Assembly (NCBI GenBank): GCA_951406725.2
Contig: OX597824.1
Location: 33,232,001 to 33,296,000, forward strand
DNA length: 64,000 nucleotides
Direction of reading: 5' to 3'
Source of the DNA: Octopus vulgaris
Taxonomy: Eukaryota
Shown here: positions 27,868 to 40,590 of the stretch, in pieces
How the letters are laid out: every line of letters begins with the position of its first letter
How positions within the stretch are numbered: position 1 is the first letter of the stretch
The notes under the pieces: generated by a model
What the model was told of the DNA's origin: nothing
Databases searched by the model: none
Seen by the model: the letters and a program-made list of their open reading frames with translations, nothing else
Program-made: the position numbers and the translations under genes

Positions 27868-28163
27868 TGTGTGCGTGCGTGTGTGTGTGTGTTCCCCATC
27901 ACCGCTTGACAAACTGTATTGGTGTGTTTTCGTCTCCATAACTTAGCGGTTCGGCGAAAGACAACCGATAGAATAAGTCCCATGTTTGTTGAGGAATGTG
28001 TTCCATGACCAGACACTCTTCATGTCCCCAACCCTCACCCGTTTCCGAGTGAGGTAATATGGACTGAAAACAAGCAAAATTACTTGTATAACAGTGACGC
28101 TCGTTTACAGCCATCACGTGATGTCAAAACACATACACACGCCCACACGCACACGCACGCACG

Positions 28164-28221
<58 letters not shown>

Positions 28222-28446
28222 GCAGAAGATATTTGCCCAAAACACCCTGCAGTGGGATTGAGCTTGAGACCACCGGCACCATATAACACATGCTGTCGGG
28301 CCCCGCTGCTGATATTGGGGACTGTGTTCTATGCCTTGATCCGAGCATAGGACGGGACTCGCTGTTTTGAGCTGGGAAATGAATGGAATGCCTGGTGTGT
28401 GTCTTGTTGTGGCTACACCCTCCTAAAATATAGGAAACAGGCGTGA

Positions 28447-28488
<42 letters not shown>

Positions 28489-28643
28489 GAAATGAAGAAA
28501 ATGCTGACAAAATAATTTAAGTAAGGGAGAATGTATTTAATTAGGTGAAAGTTCTTTTTACCGGTTGCGCATTTGTTATGCTTATCAAAAGATATTTTTT
28601 TAAGAGAGATAGAGTTCCTTTCTGATAGATTTTTTCTCTTATC

Positions 28644-28712
<69 letters not shown>

Positions 28713-28848
28713 GTACTGATCTGTGATAGAAAATTCAACCAGAAAAGTATTCCATCTGGTGAAGGACAAATATTATTTATTTAAAGGTCACAATACATGT
28801 ATTAAAGCGCTACTAATAGTTACATATGTTTGTTATGATATGTAGTTT

Positions 28849-28901
28849 GCGCCTGAAGAATATGTTTGAGTCTTCTTAACATACGAAACTATCAGTAGCG
28901 T
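28849..28901 (+). ncRNA. Degenerate hammerhead motif inside a 52-bp-arm inverted repeat (28779-28929)
   Basis: CGC-CTGAAGA-ATATGTT..AACATAC-GAAACT-ATC-AGTA-GCG; A.C mismatch at the base of stem II and a short stem I. Confidence 0.5.
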
Positions 28902-29098
28902 TTTAATACATGTATTGTGACCTTTAAATTATACATATATGTATATCGTTCATGTTTTTCCATCCTTTTTGCCAAGTTAGTATGGGAGCGAGGGGTTAGG
29001 TGAATATCCATTTCTGAGGCATTGTTTTAAAGCTGGGTGCACTTTCTGTCACTAACCGTTAGCTGTTTTTCAAGTAAAGGATATCTTATTACACAGAA

Positions 29099-29178
<80 letters not shown>

Positions 29179-29285
29179 CTCCAGTTCTCTGAAGCCGCTA
29201 GATTTGTGTTCGATGATGAAATTGTGAATAGAATCCAGAAGTAATAGCCATCCTTTGGAAAATTAGAATTTTCGCTATGGTTCCG

Positions 29286-29322
<37 letters not shown>

Positions 29323-29346
29323 CATCTATGTATGTATAGATGTATG

Positions 29347-29411
<65 letters not shown>

Positions 29412-29559
29412 ATCAAAGCAATTAAGATTCAAGTAAATTCCAATGAATTTACTTGAATGTGGTACTTAACTTAGATGCACCAGAAAAACTATATGTTGTT
29501 AACCATACAGTAATGTGGGGTGATTATAAACGAGAAAGAAGCAACAAGAATGGATTAGT

Positions 29560-29650
29560 TTTTAGTACAATTGTTTCATACAAAGACAGGCTTTATTACA
29601 AGTTGCAAAAATTGCAGCAGATAAAAGTGTCCCGTACTCATCAGCTAAAA
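29560..29650 (-). ncRNA. Type I hammerhead ribozyme motif (intact core), Penelope-like
   Basis: Minus strand: TTTTAG-CTGATGA-GTACGGGACA...TGTCTTTGTAT-GAAAC-AATT-GTA-CTAAAA. Stem I 6 bp, palindromic stem III ACAATTGT, GUA triplet. Confidence 0.78.
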
Positions 29651-29710
29651 TACATATGTACTAAAAACTAATTGTACTAAAAACTAATCCATTCTTGTTG
29701 CTTCTTTCTC

Positions 29711-29753
<43 letters not shown>

Positions 29754-29820
29754 GATGGAATATGTTTCCAAACTTACAGGGAAAAATTCAATTTAGAAAT
29801 ACTAAATCAAATTTCACAAA

Positions 29821-29887
<67 letters not shown>

Positions 29888-29897
29888 CACAAATTTG

Positions 29898-30201
29898 AAA
29901 AAAAACTTCACCTTTTATCAATTCAATAATGAAAAAATTCAATTATACCATTTAGAAAAATTACATCTTATAGAAAGATTAAATATAAGATAAAATATAT
30001 ACTAATGATTAAGTAATGTGCAAAATAATAAATAAAAAGTATATATTTGGTAACGTATATATACGTTTTATTTATTATTTTACACATTACTTAATCATTG
30101 TTATGTTTTATCTTATATTTAATCTTTCTATAATATGTAATTTTTCTAAATGGTATAATTGAATTTTTTCATTATTGAATTGATAAAAGGTGGGTTTTTT
30201 T
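29898..30201. repeat. AT-rich inverted repeat, approximately 140-bp arms, between (TA)n tracts
   Basis: caccttttatcaattcaataatgaaaaaattcaattataccatttagaaaaattaca vs its reverse complement at about 30135-30192. Confidence 0.9.
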
Positions 30202-30208
30202 CTAATTT

Positions 30209-30263
<55 letters not shown>

Positions 30264-31061
30264 TTTAAACTATCGAGCTTCAGACCATGTATGTTTTCCT
30301 TTTGTTGTGTGGCTGTGAACCATAGATGTCAGATTCATTATATCATGTTAATTAGCAGGACCAGCTTCAACAAAAGTGTCTTTCACAAATTTTACACACA
30401 CACACACACACACTGTGAATACCCTACGTGAGTGATATTGAAATCTCAAAGATTGGGGAGGGGTAAGTCGATTACATCGACCCCAGTGCTCAAAAGTGAC
30501 TTATTTTAACGACCTCCGAAAGGATGAAAGGCAAAGTAGATCTTGGCGGAATTTGAACTCAGAACGTAAAGACAAACAAAATGCTGTTAAGCACTTTGTC
30601 AGGTGTGCTAACGATTCAGCTAGCTCACCGGCTCGGACACAAAAAATATCAAAAAGAAACATTAAAACGTCTGACTATGAAATAAGTTAGCATTGAACCA
30701 GCCATGCCAAGCAGGCGGCACCAAAACGAGTGTACCAAAACTTTTCATAGCCATAGAAGCCGAAGCATCTTTATAAATCTTGGCCTCTTGAAATAACATA
30801 CCAGCTAATCCTGCAGTAAATGTCTTTCTATTAATAGGTTGGAAAACAGACATATGTCTATTGACATGTCTGTACAAAATGGAAAATACCAAAAACTTTG
30901 AATTAGAATTAGTTAAGAAGAGGCATTTATTGCAACATCTGTGGTGAAAGGTCAACAGCCGGGCTAAGAAATCATCTTCGCTTTTCAGTGCATTAACCAG
31001 TACAATTCTCACACAAAAACAAACACACACAGACACATACACATACACACATGCACACACA

Positions 31062-31118
<57 letters not shown>

Positions 31119-31502
31119 CTTGTATTCGTAAGTGCATTATATGATTATATTATGACATAATCATTGTTTATAAATACACGCGCGCGCACAAACACACGTA
31201 TATAGATAGAAAGGAAGAGAGAGAGAGAGAAAAAGAAAGTGAAAGAGGGTGAGAAAGTGAGTGAAAGAAAAAGTGAGTGAAAGAAAAAGTGAGTGAATGA
31301 GTGAATGAGAGAGATTACAGTTTATTAATTGAACATAATTGACATAAGCACGTTCTCTCTCCTCGTACAGAGAGAAAGAAATATGCTCACACACATAAAC
31401 AGAGAGCGGGGAGAATAAGGGAGAGGAAGAAAGAGAAAGAGAAAGGGAGAGAGACGGACAGACAGAGAGGGGAGACGGAGGGAATACAGGTTTCAAATTT
31501 TG

Positions 31503-31537
<35 letters not shown>

Positions 31538-31540
31538 GTC

Positions 31541-31620
<80 letters not shown>

Positions 31621-31864
31621 TGAGAGAGAGAGGGGGGAGAGAGAGCGAGAGAGAGAGAAAAAGAGAGAGAGAGAGAGTCAAGAGATGATATCCAGAGACG
31701 CCCAATACAGAAAACATTTGCGCACAAATGATTTGAAGTTACAAGCGGAAATCTTTACCGAGGACTAAAGTCTGTTGGGGTAAAGAACGGCTGTAAGAGG
31801 AAGCCATGTGAGCAAATATGGAGATAATGATGCAACTGAACAAATAAAATCGTTTGAGCTAGAG

Positions 31865-32350
31865 AGACAAAGACTGAGGATATTCAGACGATGAACATTC
31901 CTGTATAAATATATAAATATTTATATATTAACAGAGCAGATTTACACCGAGGGCAAAGACACAGAGAACTAAGGGGAGAAGGTATGGCATTTCAGACCCG
32001 ACAGCTGTTTCTGGGGCTCGGAATTACGTAATAACATCGGCAGATGTAGCTTGCAAAAAGTCAAGAATATACACCGAGTGACGAATGTATATAAACATTA
32101 GGTGAATCCGGCCACTGTCATCAAGGTGGAGAGAATGATATCTAGATTCTAGAATTTTTGCGAATTGCATCTGCCAACATTATTACGTAATTCCGAGCCC
32201 CCAGAAACAGATGTCGGATCTGAAATACCATATTTCCTTCCCTTAGTTTTCTGTGTCTTTGCCCTCTGTGTAAATCTGCTCTGTTAATATATAAATATCG
32301 ATATATTTATATATGAATGCGCATCGTCTGAATATCTCTGGTCTTTGTCT
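31865..32350. repeat. Inverted repeat, approximately 205-bp diverged arms with a 70-bp loop
   Basis: agacaaagac...aagaatata vs tctagattct...gtctttgtct. Confidence 0.9.
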
Positions 32351-32379
32351 TCCCTCTATTGACACGTATATATGTATAC

Positions 32380-32786
32380 TCTTTTACTCGTTTCAGTCAT
32401 TTGACTGCGGCCATGCTGGAGCACTGCCTTTAGTCGAGCAAATCGACCCCAGAACTTATTCTTTGTAAGCCTAGGACTTATTCTATCGGTCTCTTTTGCC
32501 GAACCACTAAGTTACGGAGACGTAAGCACACCAGCATCGGTTGCCAAGCGATGGTGAGTGGGGGTACAAACACAGACACACAAACATATACACACACATA
32601 CATACATATGTATACATATATACGACGGGCTTCTTTCAGTTTCTGTCTACCAAATCCACTCACAAGGCTTTGGTCGGCTCGAGGCTATAGTAGAAGACAC
32701 TTGCCCAAGGTGCCACGCAGTGGGACTGAACCCAGAACCATGTGGTTGGTAAGCAAGCTACTTACCACACAGCCACTCCTGTGCCT
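32380..32786 (-). mobile_element. SINE family B, well-preserved copy 350 bp downstream (in transcript sense) of the 152-nt exon
   Basis: Reverse complement of the 10690-11110 / 43580-43986 type. Confidence 0.9.
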
Positions 32787-33134
32787 ATAATGTATGTATA
32801 TTTTATGTATCTAGCCCGAGAGGTCTTAGTTTATTTCCAGCATTATCTCTCACTCTCTCTATATATATGAAACCATTTCTCAAGCTAAAAATGTTAGAAT
32901 GAGATATCAGTAGATAGATTTGTAATTTAATACAGGAAATGAGTTAATTAGATAATAATTCTTATCTCTATTTGCATAATTTAACTTTGTGTGCGCGTGT
33001 GGGCGTGCACGTGTGTATGTGTCTATGCGTCTATGTGTGTCTATATGCATGTATGTGTATATGGCACTCAAATATGATACAAAAATGTTAGCGTCATATT
33101 TAACGCAACAGAAATCAGCAGAAAATTTACTTAC

Positions 33135-33286
33135 CTGACATATTTTGTCGAGAGATGTCACAAAATATTCATCGCATACGATTGATAATGCATAAAACAT
33201 ATATAAACCCAAAATAAAATGCAAAACCATAGCACCATGATATCGCTGTTCATTTGTGAATAAGTCCGGTGGAAACTCTTTATAGG
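33135..33286 (-). CDS. SLC24A: SLC24/NCKX exchanger, first coding exon visible in window (152 nt, phase 1->0)
   Basis: ttctctgtttttag|CC...CAG|gtaagt; translates (A)YKEFPPDLFTNEQRYHGAMVLHFILGLYMFYALSIVCDEYFVTSLDKICQ, the NCKX TM1 signature (EFPxDLF...YMFYALxIVCDxxFVxSLxKIC). Confidence 0.97.
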
Positions 33287-33350
33287 CTAAAAACAGAGAA
33301 GAAAAATAGCTTTGTTTTAAAATTCAGCACAAAATTTTACATCCATAATT

Positions 33351-33717
33351 ATATTGTTGTATTTAGGAATGGTCATTTTGCCAGTTTAGCCAATAAAAAC
33401 ACACGCACTATATATTTGGTGTTACTTTGCTTCAGAGTTATTTATCTTTTACATTAATCTTAATCTTATTTCGGCCAGAGTTCTTTCGTCACACTCCTGT
33501 GACCGCATCAGTGGTCCTTTGCTTTCTTCTTTCTTATTTGTGTGTCTCTCCTTACTAACGGTCAACAATTTTGTATTTTGTATTCCTATTGTATGTGTAT
33601 AAGATTAAGATTAATGTAAAAAATAAATAACGCTGAAGCAAAGTAACACCAAATATATAGTGCGTGTGTTTTTATTGGCTAAACTGGCAAAATGACCATT
33701 CCTAAATACAACAATAT
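33351..33717. repeat. Inverted repeat, approximately 119-bp nearly identical arms, about 63 bp from the exon acceptor
   Basis: 33351-33469 is the reverse complement of 33599-33717. Confidence 0.92.
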
Positions 33718-33888
33718 CTGTTTCAACACACGATTTCACATCAGAAATTTTGCAAAATAAATCTATAATTATATTTATGCATAAAAGATTGTTTGTTATT
33801 AAGATTGAAAAGTACTTAATGTGAACAACATTAGTCCTCGTAACTTTCTGCATTAATTCTTTTTTTTTTTTTTTTTTGGTTGGATAGT

Positions 33889-34430
33889 TCAGATGTGGGA
33901 ACATGCACTGCTGCAGCACATTGCTGCAGTCATCATTTGTTGGTATATTCCTGGGTCCTCCCGAGAGACCCGTTGAAAAGAGTCCCAGTAAGCAGCCACC
34001 TCCACAAGATACCTCCTCATCTACCCGTTTCTTTATAACCCACAAGGGGCTAAAAATAGAGGGGACAAACAAGAACAGACAAACGGATTTAGTCGATTAC
34101 ATCGACCCCAGTGCGTAAGTGGTACTTAATTTATCGACCCCGAAAGGATGAAAGGCAAAGTTGACCCCGGCGGAATTTGAACTCAGAACGTAGCGGCAGA
34201 TGAAATACGGCTACGCATTTCGCCTGGCGTGCTAGTGGTTCTGCCAGCTCATCTACCGTGACCATGTGGTGTGTGATCGACCAACATAAGCCATCAACCC
34301 AACAAGATGCTCGGTGAAGGGAACACGGTAAGCAGGGTCTAAATTGGAAACACGAGCAACATGACCAAACAGTCTGAACTGGCGTTCCCAAATCATGCAA
34401 GTAACAAGATGCACCCCAGATTCTGAGTAG
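33889..34430 (-). mobile_element. 5'-truncated RTE LINE 3' end with 11-bp TSD, split by a SINE
   Basis: After removing the SINE it reads ...ERQFRLFGHVARV..DPAYRV...GR..TTW...AAMCCSSACSHI*; TSD ggttggatagt at 33878-33888 and 34431-34441. Confidence 0.8.
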
Positions 34431-35267
34431 GGTTGGATAGTAAGAGTAAATTCTTGGTTTGGTTCCTTGATTTCGGTTAGATAACAACTGTTTTAAAATA
34501 ATGCGTAATTTTTTTTTACTATTAAAGTTTAAACCAGCCAAATCTGGTTCAAATAATCTACCTGTTTCATGTTCAAACTGACCAGATCTAGCCTCTTACC
34601 TGCCCTGCCATGTCATTCTAAAAATTGACAATTACATCAAAGGTTAATCAAAGGTCTTGCAATCACATCACAAGTCAATCACAGGTCCTACTTTGTCTTG
34701 TAAGCTACTTGACGACCCTGCTGGTACCATGTAAAAGTCCTCATGCTTGTGCCACATGCAAAGCAGCCAGTGCACTCTTTTGGCATGGTTAGATGCCCTT
34801 CTTAACGCCAACTACTTTACAACAATTGGAGACTGGTGCAGTTCACCGGCTTGCTATCTACTGTCAAACTTTCTATCTCAGGCTAGCACGGAAAACAGAC
34901 GTTAAATGATGATAATGATGAGGATGATGATGATGATGATATCATTATCAAAATCACAAAGCTACAAGATAATACATGATTAATTTAAAACAATGTGTAT
35001 AAAGGAATATTAGATTTGATGGAATAATCTGAATGCTGAAGGGTTTAACTTTAATTTACAATAATGGTAAAAGTTTACTAAGAACCATAGAAAAGCTCAA
35101 TTGTTTAAATTTTTCGATATTCAGCAAAAGTATTAAAAATGAAAGAAAACAATATTCCGATTCAATCTTCAAATGGAAACTCAATGCCTGACCCCTTGGA
35201 AAAGTAACCACAATATTGTTTTCATACTCTATACTGTCAGTATTTGTAATTTGTTATACAAAAAGAC

Positions 35268-35510
35268 TGTGGAGGCGCGTGGCTTAGTGGTTAGAGTGTC
35301 AGTATTATGATCGTAAGATTGTGGTTTCGATTCCTGGACCGGGCGACCGTTATGTTCTTGAGCAAAACACTTCATTTCACGTTGCTCCAGTCCACTCAGC
35401 TGGCAAAAATGAGTAAGGCTGCGATGGACTGGCGTCCCGTCCCGCTAGGGAGCACATACGCCATTGAAACCGGGAAGCCGGGCCCATGAGCCTGGCTAGG
35501 CTTCAAAAGT
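35268..35510 (+). mobile_element. tRNA-derived SINE family C
   Basis: gtggaggcgcgtggcttagtggttag...ggtttcgattcc...ttcttgagcaaaacacttcatttcacgttgctccagtccactc. Relatives at 8945-9187(-), 39808-40127, 26620-26917(-), 58690-59027(-), 1-228(-). Confidence 0.85.
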
Positions 35511-36270
35511 CTATTTATTTATTATACAAATAGACTAAGATTAAATTTACTCATTTGGCTCAAATATCTAAGAATACCATCTGTTGTTCTGGTTCTTTAG
35601 TCTTGATTAACCCTAATCAAGCTGATCTAGAAATTAAAGAACTTCAACGATTATAACCCTATCATCTTAAAAAATGTTATCTACAATCATGTTATCTAAT
35701 GTGTTCTTTACTTTTTTATAAGACAACGAGCAAAACGTCCCCCCCCCCCCGTCCAATGGACGGTGCTGATGTACTTGCGCGTACAAATGCATGTTCCCAC
35801 GGCCTTATCGATCGCATTCTCACCTGGAATCGATTTTTGTAATTTTTTCAAAACTTATACACGCCCTGATACCGTCGGTATCTACATATAAAATTTGAGT
35901 GCAATCGGATGGAGGATGCCCGAGATCCTAGAAGACGTGATTTAAGGGGATTTTGGTCACTATTTCTTGTATCTAGTGGAGTCAGTAGCTGGCAGGATGC
36001 ATACAAGTAAAATTATGATGTATTTTATATTTTTATCTTTTACTTGTTTCAGTCATTAGACTGCGGCCATGCTGGAGCACCACCTTGAAGAATTTTTAGT
36101 AGAATGAATCATCCCCAGTAATTTCTTTTCTTAACGCCTAGCACTTATTCTATCGGTATTTTGCCGAACTGCTAAGTTACAGTGATGCAAACACACCAAC
36201 ACCGGTTGCCAAGTGGTGGCAGGAGACAAACACAGACACAAAGATATACACTCGTTATATATATATATAT

Positions 36271-36650
36271 GGATTCTCTCGTCGTGAACGACAAATGGGG
36301 ATTCAGTTAAATAAAGCGATAATCATGTTCTATGGACACGAATGTGTCTCCTGAGGCCTGCTTTGCTTGTGCCACAAAACCACAATGTCAGGTAAGGTTT
36401 CCATTTAGAGGAGCGACGTTTTGTCAGAGTGCCTTCATGCTTGCAGTAAGTTGGTTCCGATGTTGGAGCCGACTTTGCTCAAATCTTTGAACCGAGGAGA
36501 AGCAGGACTGGTGCCAGGTCCAGTGTTCTGATGCTTTGTTTTCCCAGGAAGAAAAGGGAGTGTTGCATCACTTCAGATTGTCTTTTAGTTTGCCTTTGAA
36601 GCGCAAGAGTAGCTTTCCAACTGACCTTCCTGTTGGGAATTGGCCAAAGA
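36271..36650 (-). mobile_element. RTE LINE 3' terminal fragment
   Basis: GRSVGKLLLRFKGKLKDNLK*CNTPFSSWENKASE...W..SC..SVQRFEQSR, a C-terminal Cys/His stretch, ending at (AT)n. Confidence 0.75.
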
Positions 36651-36851
36651 GAATATATATATATATAAATAGATGAGTGTATTTGTTCCCTTGTTACGGA
36701 AAAAATAGACAAATAGTTACCAGGGTAGCAAAAAATCACACAAGCGGTGATGTTTTTAAAGGTAGAAACTTCGGGTTTACGTAGAATTTTTTGTATAATA
36801 TATATAAATAAATAAATGGAGTTTAACGCAGGTATAATTCAAATACTTTTG

Positions 36852-36937
36852 CTTCCGACATATGTTTCGAAGATTTCACTGATATTATTCCAAAGGAATA
36901 AATGGTGTAAAACAATGTAATCTTCTCTTCAGGGAAG
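36852..36937 (-). ncRNA. Type I hammerhead ribozyme motif (intact core), Penelope-like
   Basis: Minus strand: CTTCC-CTGAAGA-GAAGATT..43 nt..AATCTTC-GAAAC-ATAT-GTC-GGAAG. Stem I 5 bp, stem II 7 bp with G-C closing pair, palindromic stem III ACATATGT, GUC cleavage triplet. Confidence 0.8.
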
Positions 36938-37457
36938 TGAAGATTACATTATATATATATATATATGATGGGCTTCTTTCAGCTTATGTCTATCAAATCC
37001 ACTCACAAAGCTTTGGTCGACCCGAAGCTATAGAAGACACTTGTCCAAGGTGTCACACAATGGAACTGAACCTGGAACCATGTGGGTGGGAAGCAAGCGT
37101 CTTACCACACAACCACGCCTATTCCTATTTGTTCAAAGTTAAACATGCTTGCATGACTGCAGAGTTAGCATAAATATTAGGAAACAGTCTTTTCTGAATG
37201 TAAGTACCATTTCTAGTCACGCATTTACCTTCTTTTGCTTGTCTCAGTCTTCAGGCTGCAGCCATGCTGGGGCATCGCTTTGAAGTGTTTTAGTTGAACA
37301 TTTCAATTCCGTATTTATGTTTTTTTTTAAAGACTGCTACTGATTCCATCAGCTTCTTTCGTTGAGCTGCTATGTTACGGGGATGTAAACAAATCAGTCA
37401 AGCAGAAGGGAGCGACAAACAAAGACACATACAGACAGACAGACAGACACACACACG

Positions 37458-37512
<55 letters not shown>

Positions 37513-37947
37513 CAGGCTTCCACACATTTCTGTCTACCAAATTCACTCACAGAGAACTGGTTGACCTGGGGCTATAGCAGAACACATTTACCCATGGTGT
37601 CATCCAGTGAGGCTGAACCTGAGACCAAGTACTTGCGAAGTGAGTTTCTTAATAACACAACCACGCCTGCACCTTATATATACATAACATACACGTGTAA
37701 ACCATGGCCATGACTTACCAGGCTTAAAAAGATATTGGGGATCGATTCGTTTGACAGCAAAATCCTCAAGGTGGTGTATGTATGTGTATACTCTGACATC
37801 ATGGAAAGGCAAATGAGCAGCAATTGGGGAAATATTACCATGATTGGAAATAGGTGTGGACTGAGAACAGGAAGGGCATCCTGCCATAGAAAACCTGCTT
37901 CAAATTTCTTCTCATGCAAAAGAAAATGTTAAATGGTGATGAGGAGG

Positions 37948-37948
<1 letters not shown>

Positions 37949-38010
<62 letters not shown>

Positions 38011-38095
38011 CATCCATCCATCCATCCATCCATCCATCCATCCATCCATCCATCCATCCATCCATCCATCCATCTATCTATCTATCTATCTATCC

Positions 38096-38163
<68 letters not shown>

Positions 38164-38176
38164 GTCTGTCTATCTA
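37949..38176. repeat. Compound (TCTA)n/(TCCA)n microsatellite
   Basis: Direct reading. Confidence 0.97.
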
Positions 38177-39279
38177 CCCCCTCTCTCTCTCTTTACGTAT
38201 ATATATATAGCTTAGACTTTTTGGGGGCAAGCAAATCGGACCATCTCAAATCTAACTGCCCGAAACGGTTGTGACTTCTGGAACTTGACTGAGGAAAGAA
38301 AGCCACGAATGACACGTGTTTTTTTTTTTTTTTTGCCTGTCCTAATTGTTGTTTCTCTTGTCTGCCTTTGTATCGTCTATCTGTCCGAATGTTTTAATGT
38401 CCTCTATTATGTTTTTGTTTCATTTATACACACATACACACACACATACACACACACACATGTACATATGTACATACATAAATATACATATACACATAAA
38501 AAAATCGCACCCTCAATGACAGGTAGGCAGAATGTTTTGTGTGTGCGTGCGGATGAGTGTGTGTATGTGTGCACATAAATAGAAAAATTGTGTACACACA
38601 GCAAAAATGCACATAAGAAAAACCACAAAGATGTATACTACTCTCCCTTCATCAGCTGCTCAATGAAAATTAAGGCTGTTTCAGCAAATTATCAACAAGG
38701 CTACTTATTTCAGAGTGTAAATAAATTTATAACAAATATGACATGGGAATCGTTTTTGTGAGAACAGGACACAACAAAAGGATGAGACAATAAGACAGGA
38801 CAACTACAAGTGTAAAAAACTTTACATTAAATTAGGTACAAGAAATGTTTAGATCTATTAAACAAATGCAAAGGATACAAAATAATTAGTTTGTCAAGAC
38901 AAAGAGAACACAGGACGAAGTGAGAACGAAACAGTAAAAAGTCTTTCAACTGGAGTGAAAAGGAAACTAACAAAGATGGGCTCAAACGTGTATGTATAAC
39001 ACTAAATAGAAAATGGAGAATAGCTCGTTCGGCGTTGTTAGTCCTTGAAAGGAGAGACAGATACGACAGACAATGAAGCAGCAGGTAGCAGAATAGAGTT
39101 CCAAGAAAAGAATGTGTTGGTAGTAGAATTAGAATTAGAATCATAGGAAATCAGAATCAGAATGAGAAGGGGAGGAAGGAGAGAGAATAAATTAGTGCGG
39201 CAAAGAAGGATAGTTGGGAGAGAGAGAAGCTGAGATGGAAAACAATAGAGGTAAACAAAACAAAGGAGGGGGAGAGGAA

Positions 39280-39364
<85 letters not shown>

Positions 39365-40013
39365 AAGCTGAAAAGAGTGGGCTTAGCAACAACAGAAAAA
39401 CTGGTTGAGAGAACAAAGAGGACACGAAAAAAAAAATTTTGCTGTATCAATTCTTTATCAAAAAGAAAAAAAAATATCCCTCTATTGTATATAAAACTGG
39501 TGGTAAAAAGTACGGGGAGAATTCCAACATTTGCATTCAGAAATATTGCTGGGAAAGAGTAATTTATTTCCATGCACAGAGAAAAGCTATTTCAGTTTAT
39601 TTAAATGTTATCTTCCCCAATAATTGCAGAACTTCATTCATACCTGGCACTCGCCCCGATGCATCACAGATATCCGAGATCAAATGAAAAAATTCAACTA
39701 AAATTGCTTCTAACTGCAGTAGCTTAGCGAGGATGGGTATGCTCCACCCTGGACAACACTTTTTATCGTGAAAGTGCTTTTGTGTTTGCTGTATAAGCCT
39801 ATATGAGAAGGTGCGTGGCTTAGTGGTTAGGGTGTTCGGCTCACGATCATAAAGTCGTGAGTTCAATTCCCAGCGACGCGTCAAGTGCTTGAGCAATACA
39901 CTTTATTTCACATTGCTCCAGTTCACTCACCTGGCAAAAATTAGTAGTGCCTGTATTTCAAAGGGCCGGCCTTGTCACATTCTATATCATGCTGAATCTC
40001 CCTGAGAACTACA

Positions 40014-40531
40014 TTAAGAGTATACGTGTCTGTGGAGTGCTCAGCCGCTTGCACGTTAATTTCACGAGCAAGCTGTTCCGTTGATCGGATCAACTGAAAC
40101 CCTCGTCGTAGTAACCGACGGAGTGCCAATTTTTAAAAATATTTTTTTAAAAGCCTATATAGGGGGTTGAATGAGACAGAAAACTGAAGTGCTGCCCCAT
40201 GTAACATCCATTCTAGCTATACCACTGTATAACTGGCAACGGTGGTAACATAACGATGTGTAGAGCTTGTACGTGTATGTGATCAATCCACCCTTCTCAG
40301 CATTCTTTTTACATCCGCTTTTCCAGACTCAGATAGATCGGATAGAATTTGTTGGGGCAGATTTTTCTATAGCCAGACGCCCTTCCTGTCGCCAATCCTC
40401 GCCTGTATCCAAGGAAGGTAATATTTCCTCAAGACCAAACATGTTTACATAGAAGACTAAAAACAAACGACACTGCTTGTATTTTGGTGACACACTTTTA
40501 CAGCTATCACATCATGAGAAAAGAAAAAGAC

Positions 40532-40590
<59 letters not shown>

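Noticed and set aside
30662-31010. Repeat-free ORF and possible 68-nt cassette exon (30869-30802)
   Set aside because: No recognisable homology; inclusion would frameshift and hit a stop at the fourth codon; no supporting evidence
38600-38660. Minus-strand CAGCTGATGAAGG core box
   Set aside because: No partner stem II or GAAA box downstream
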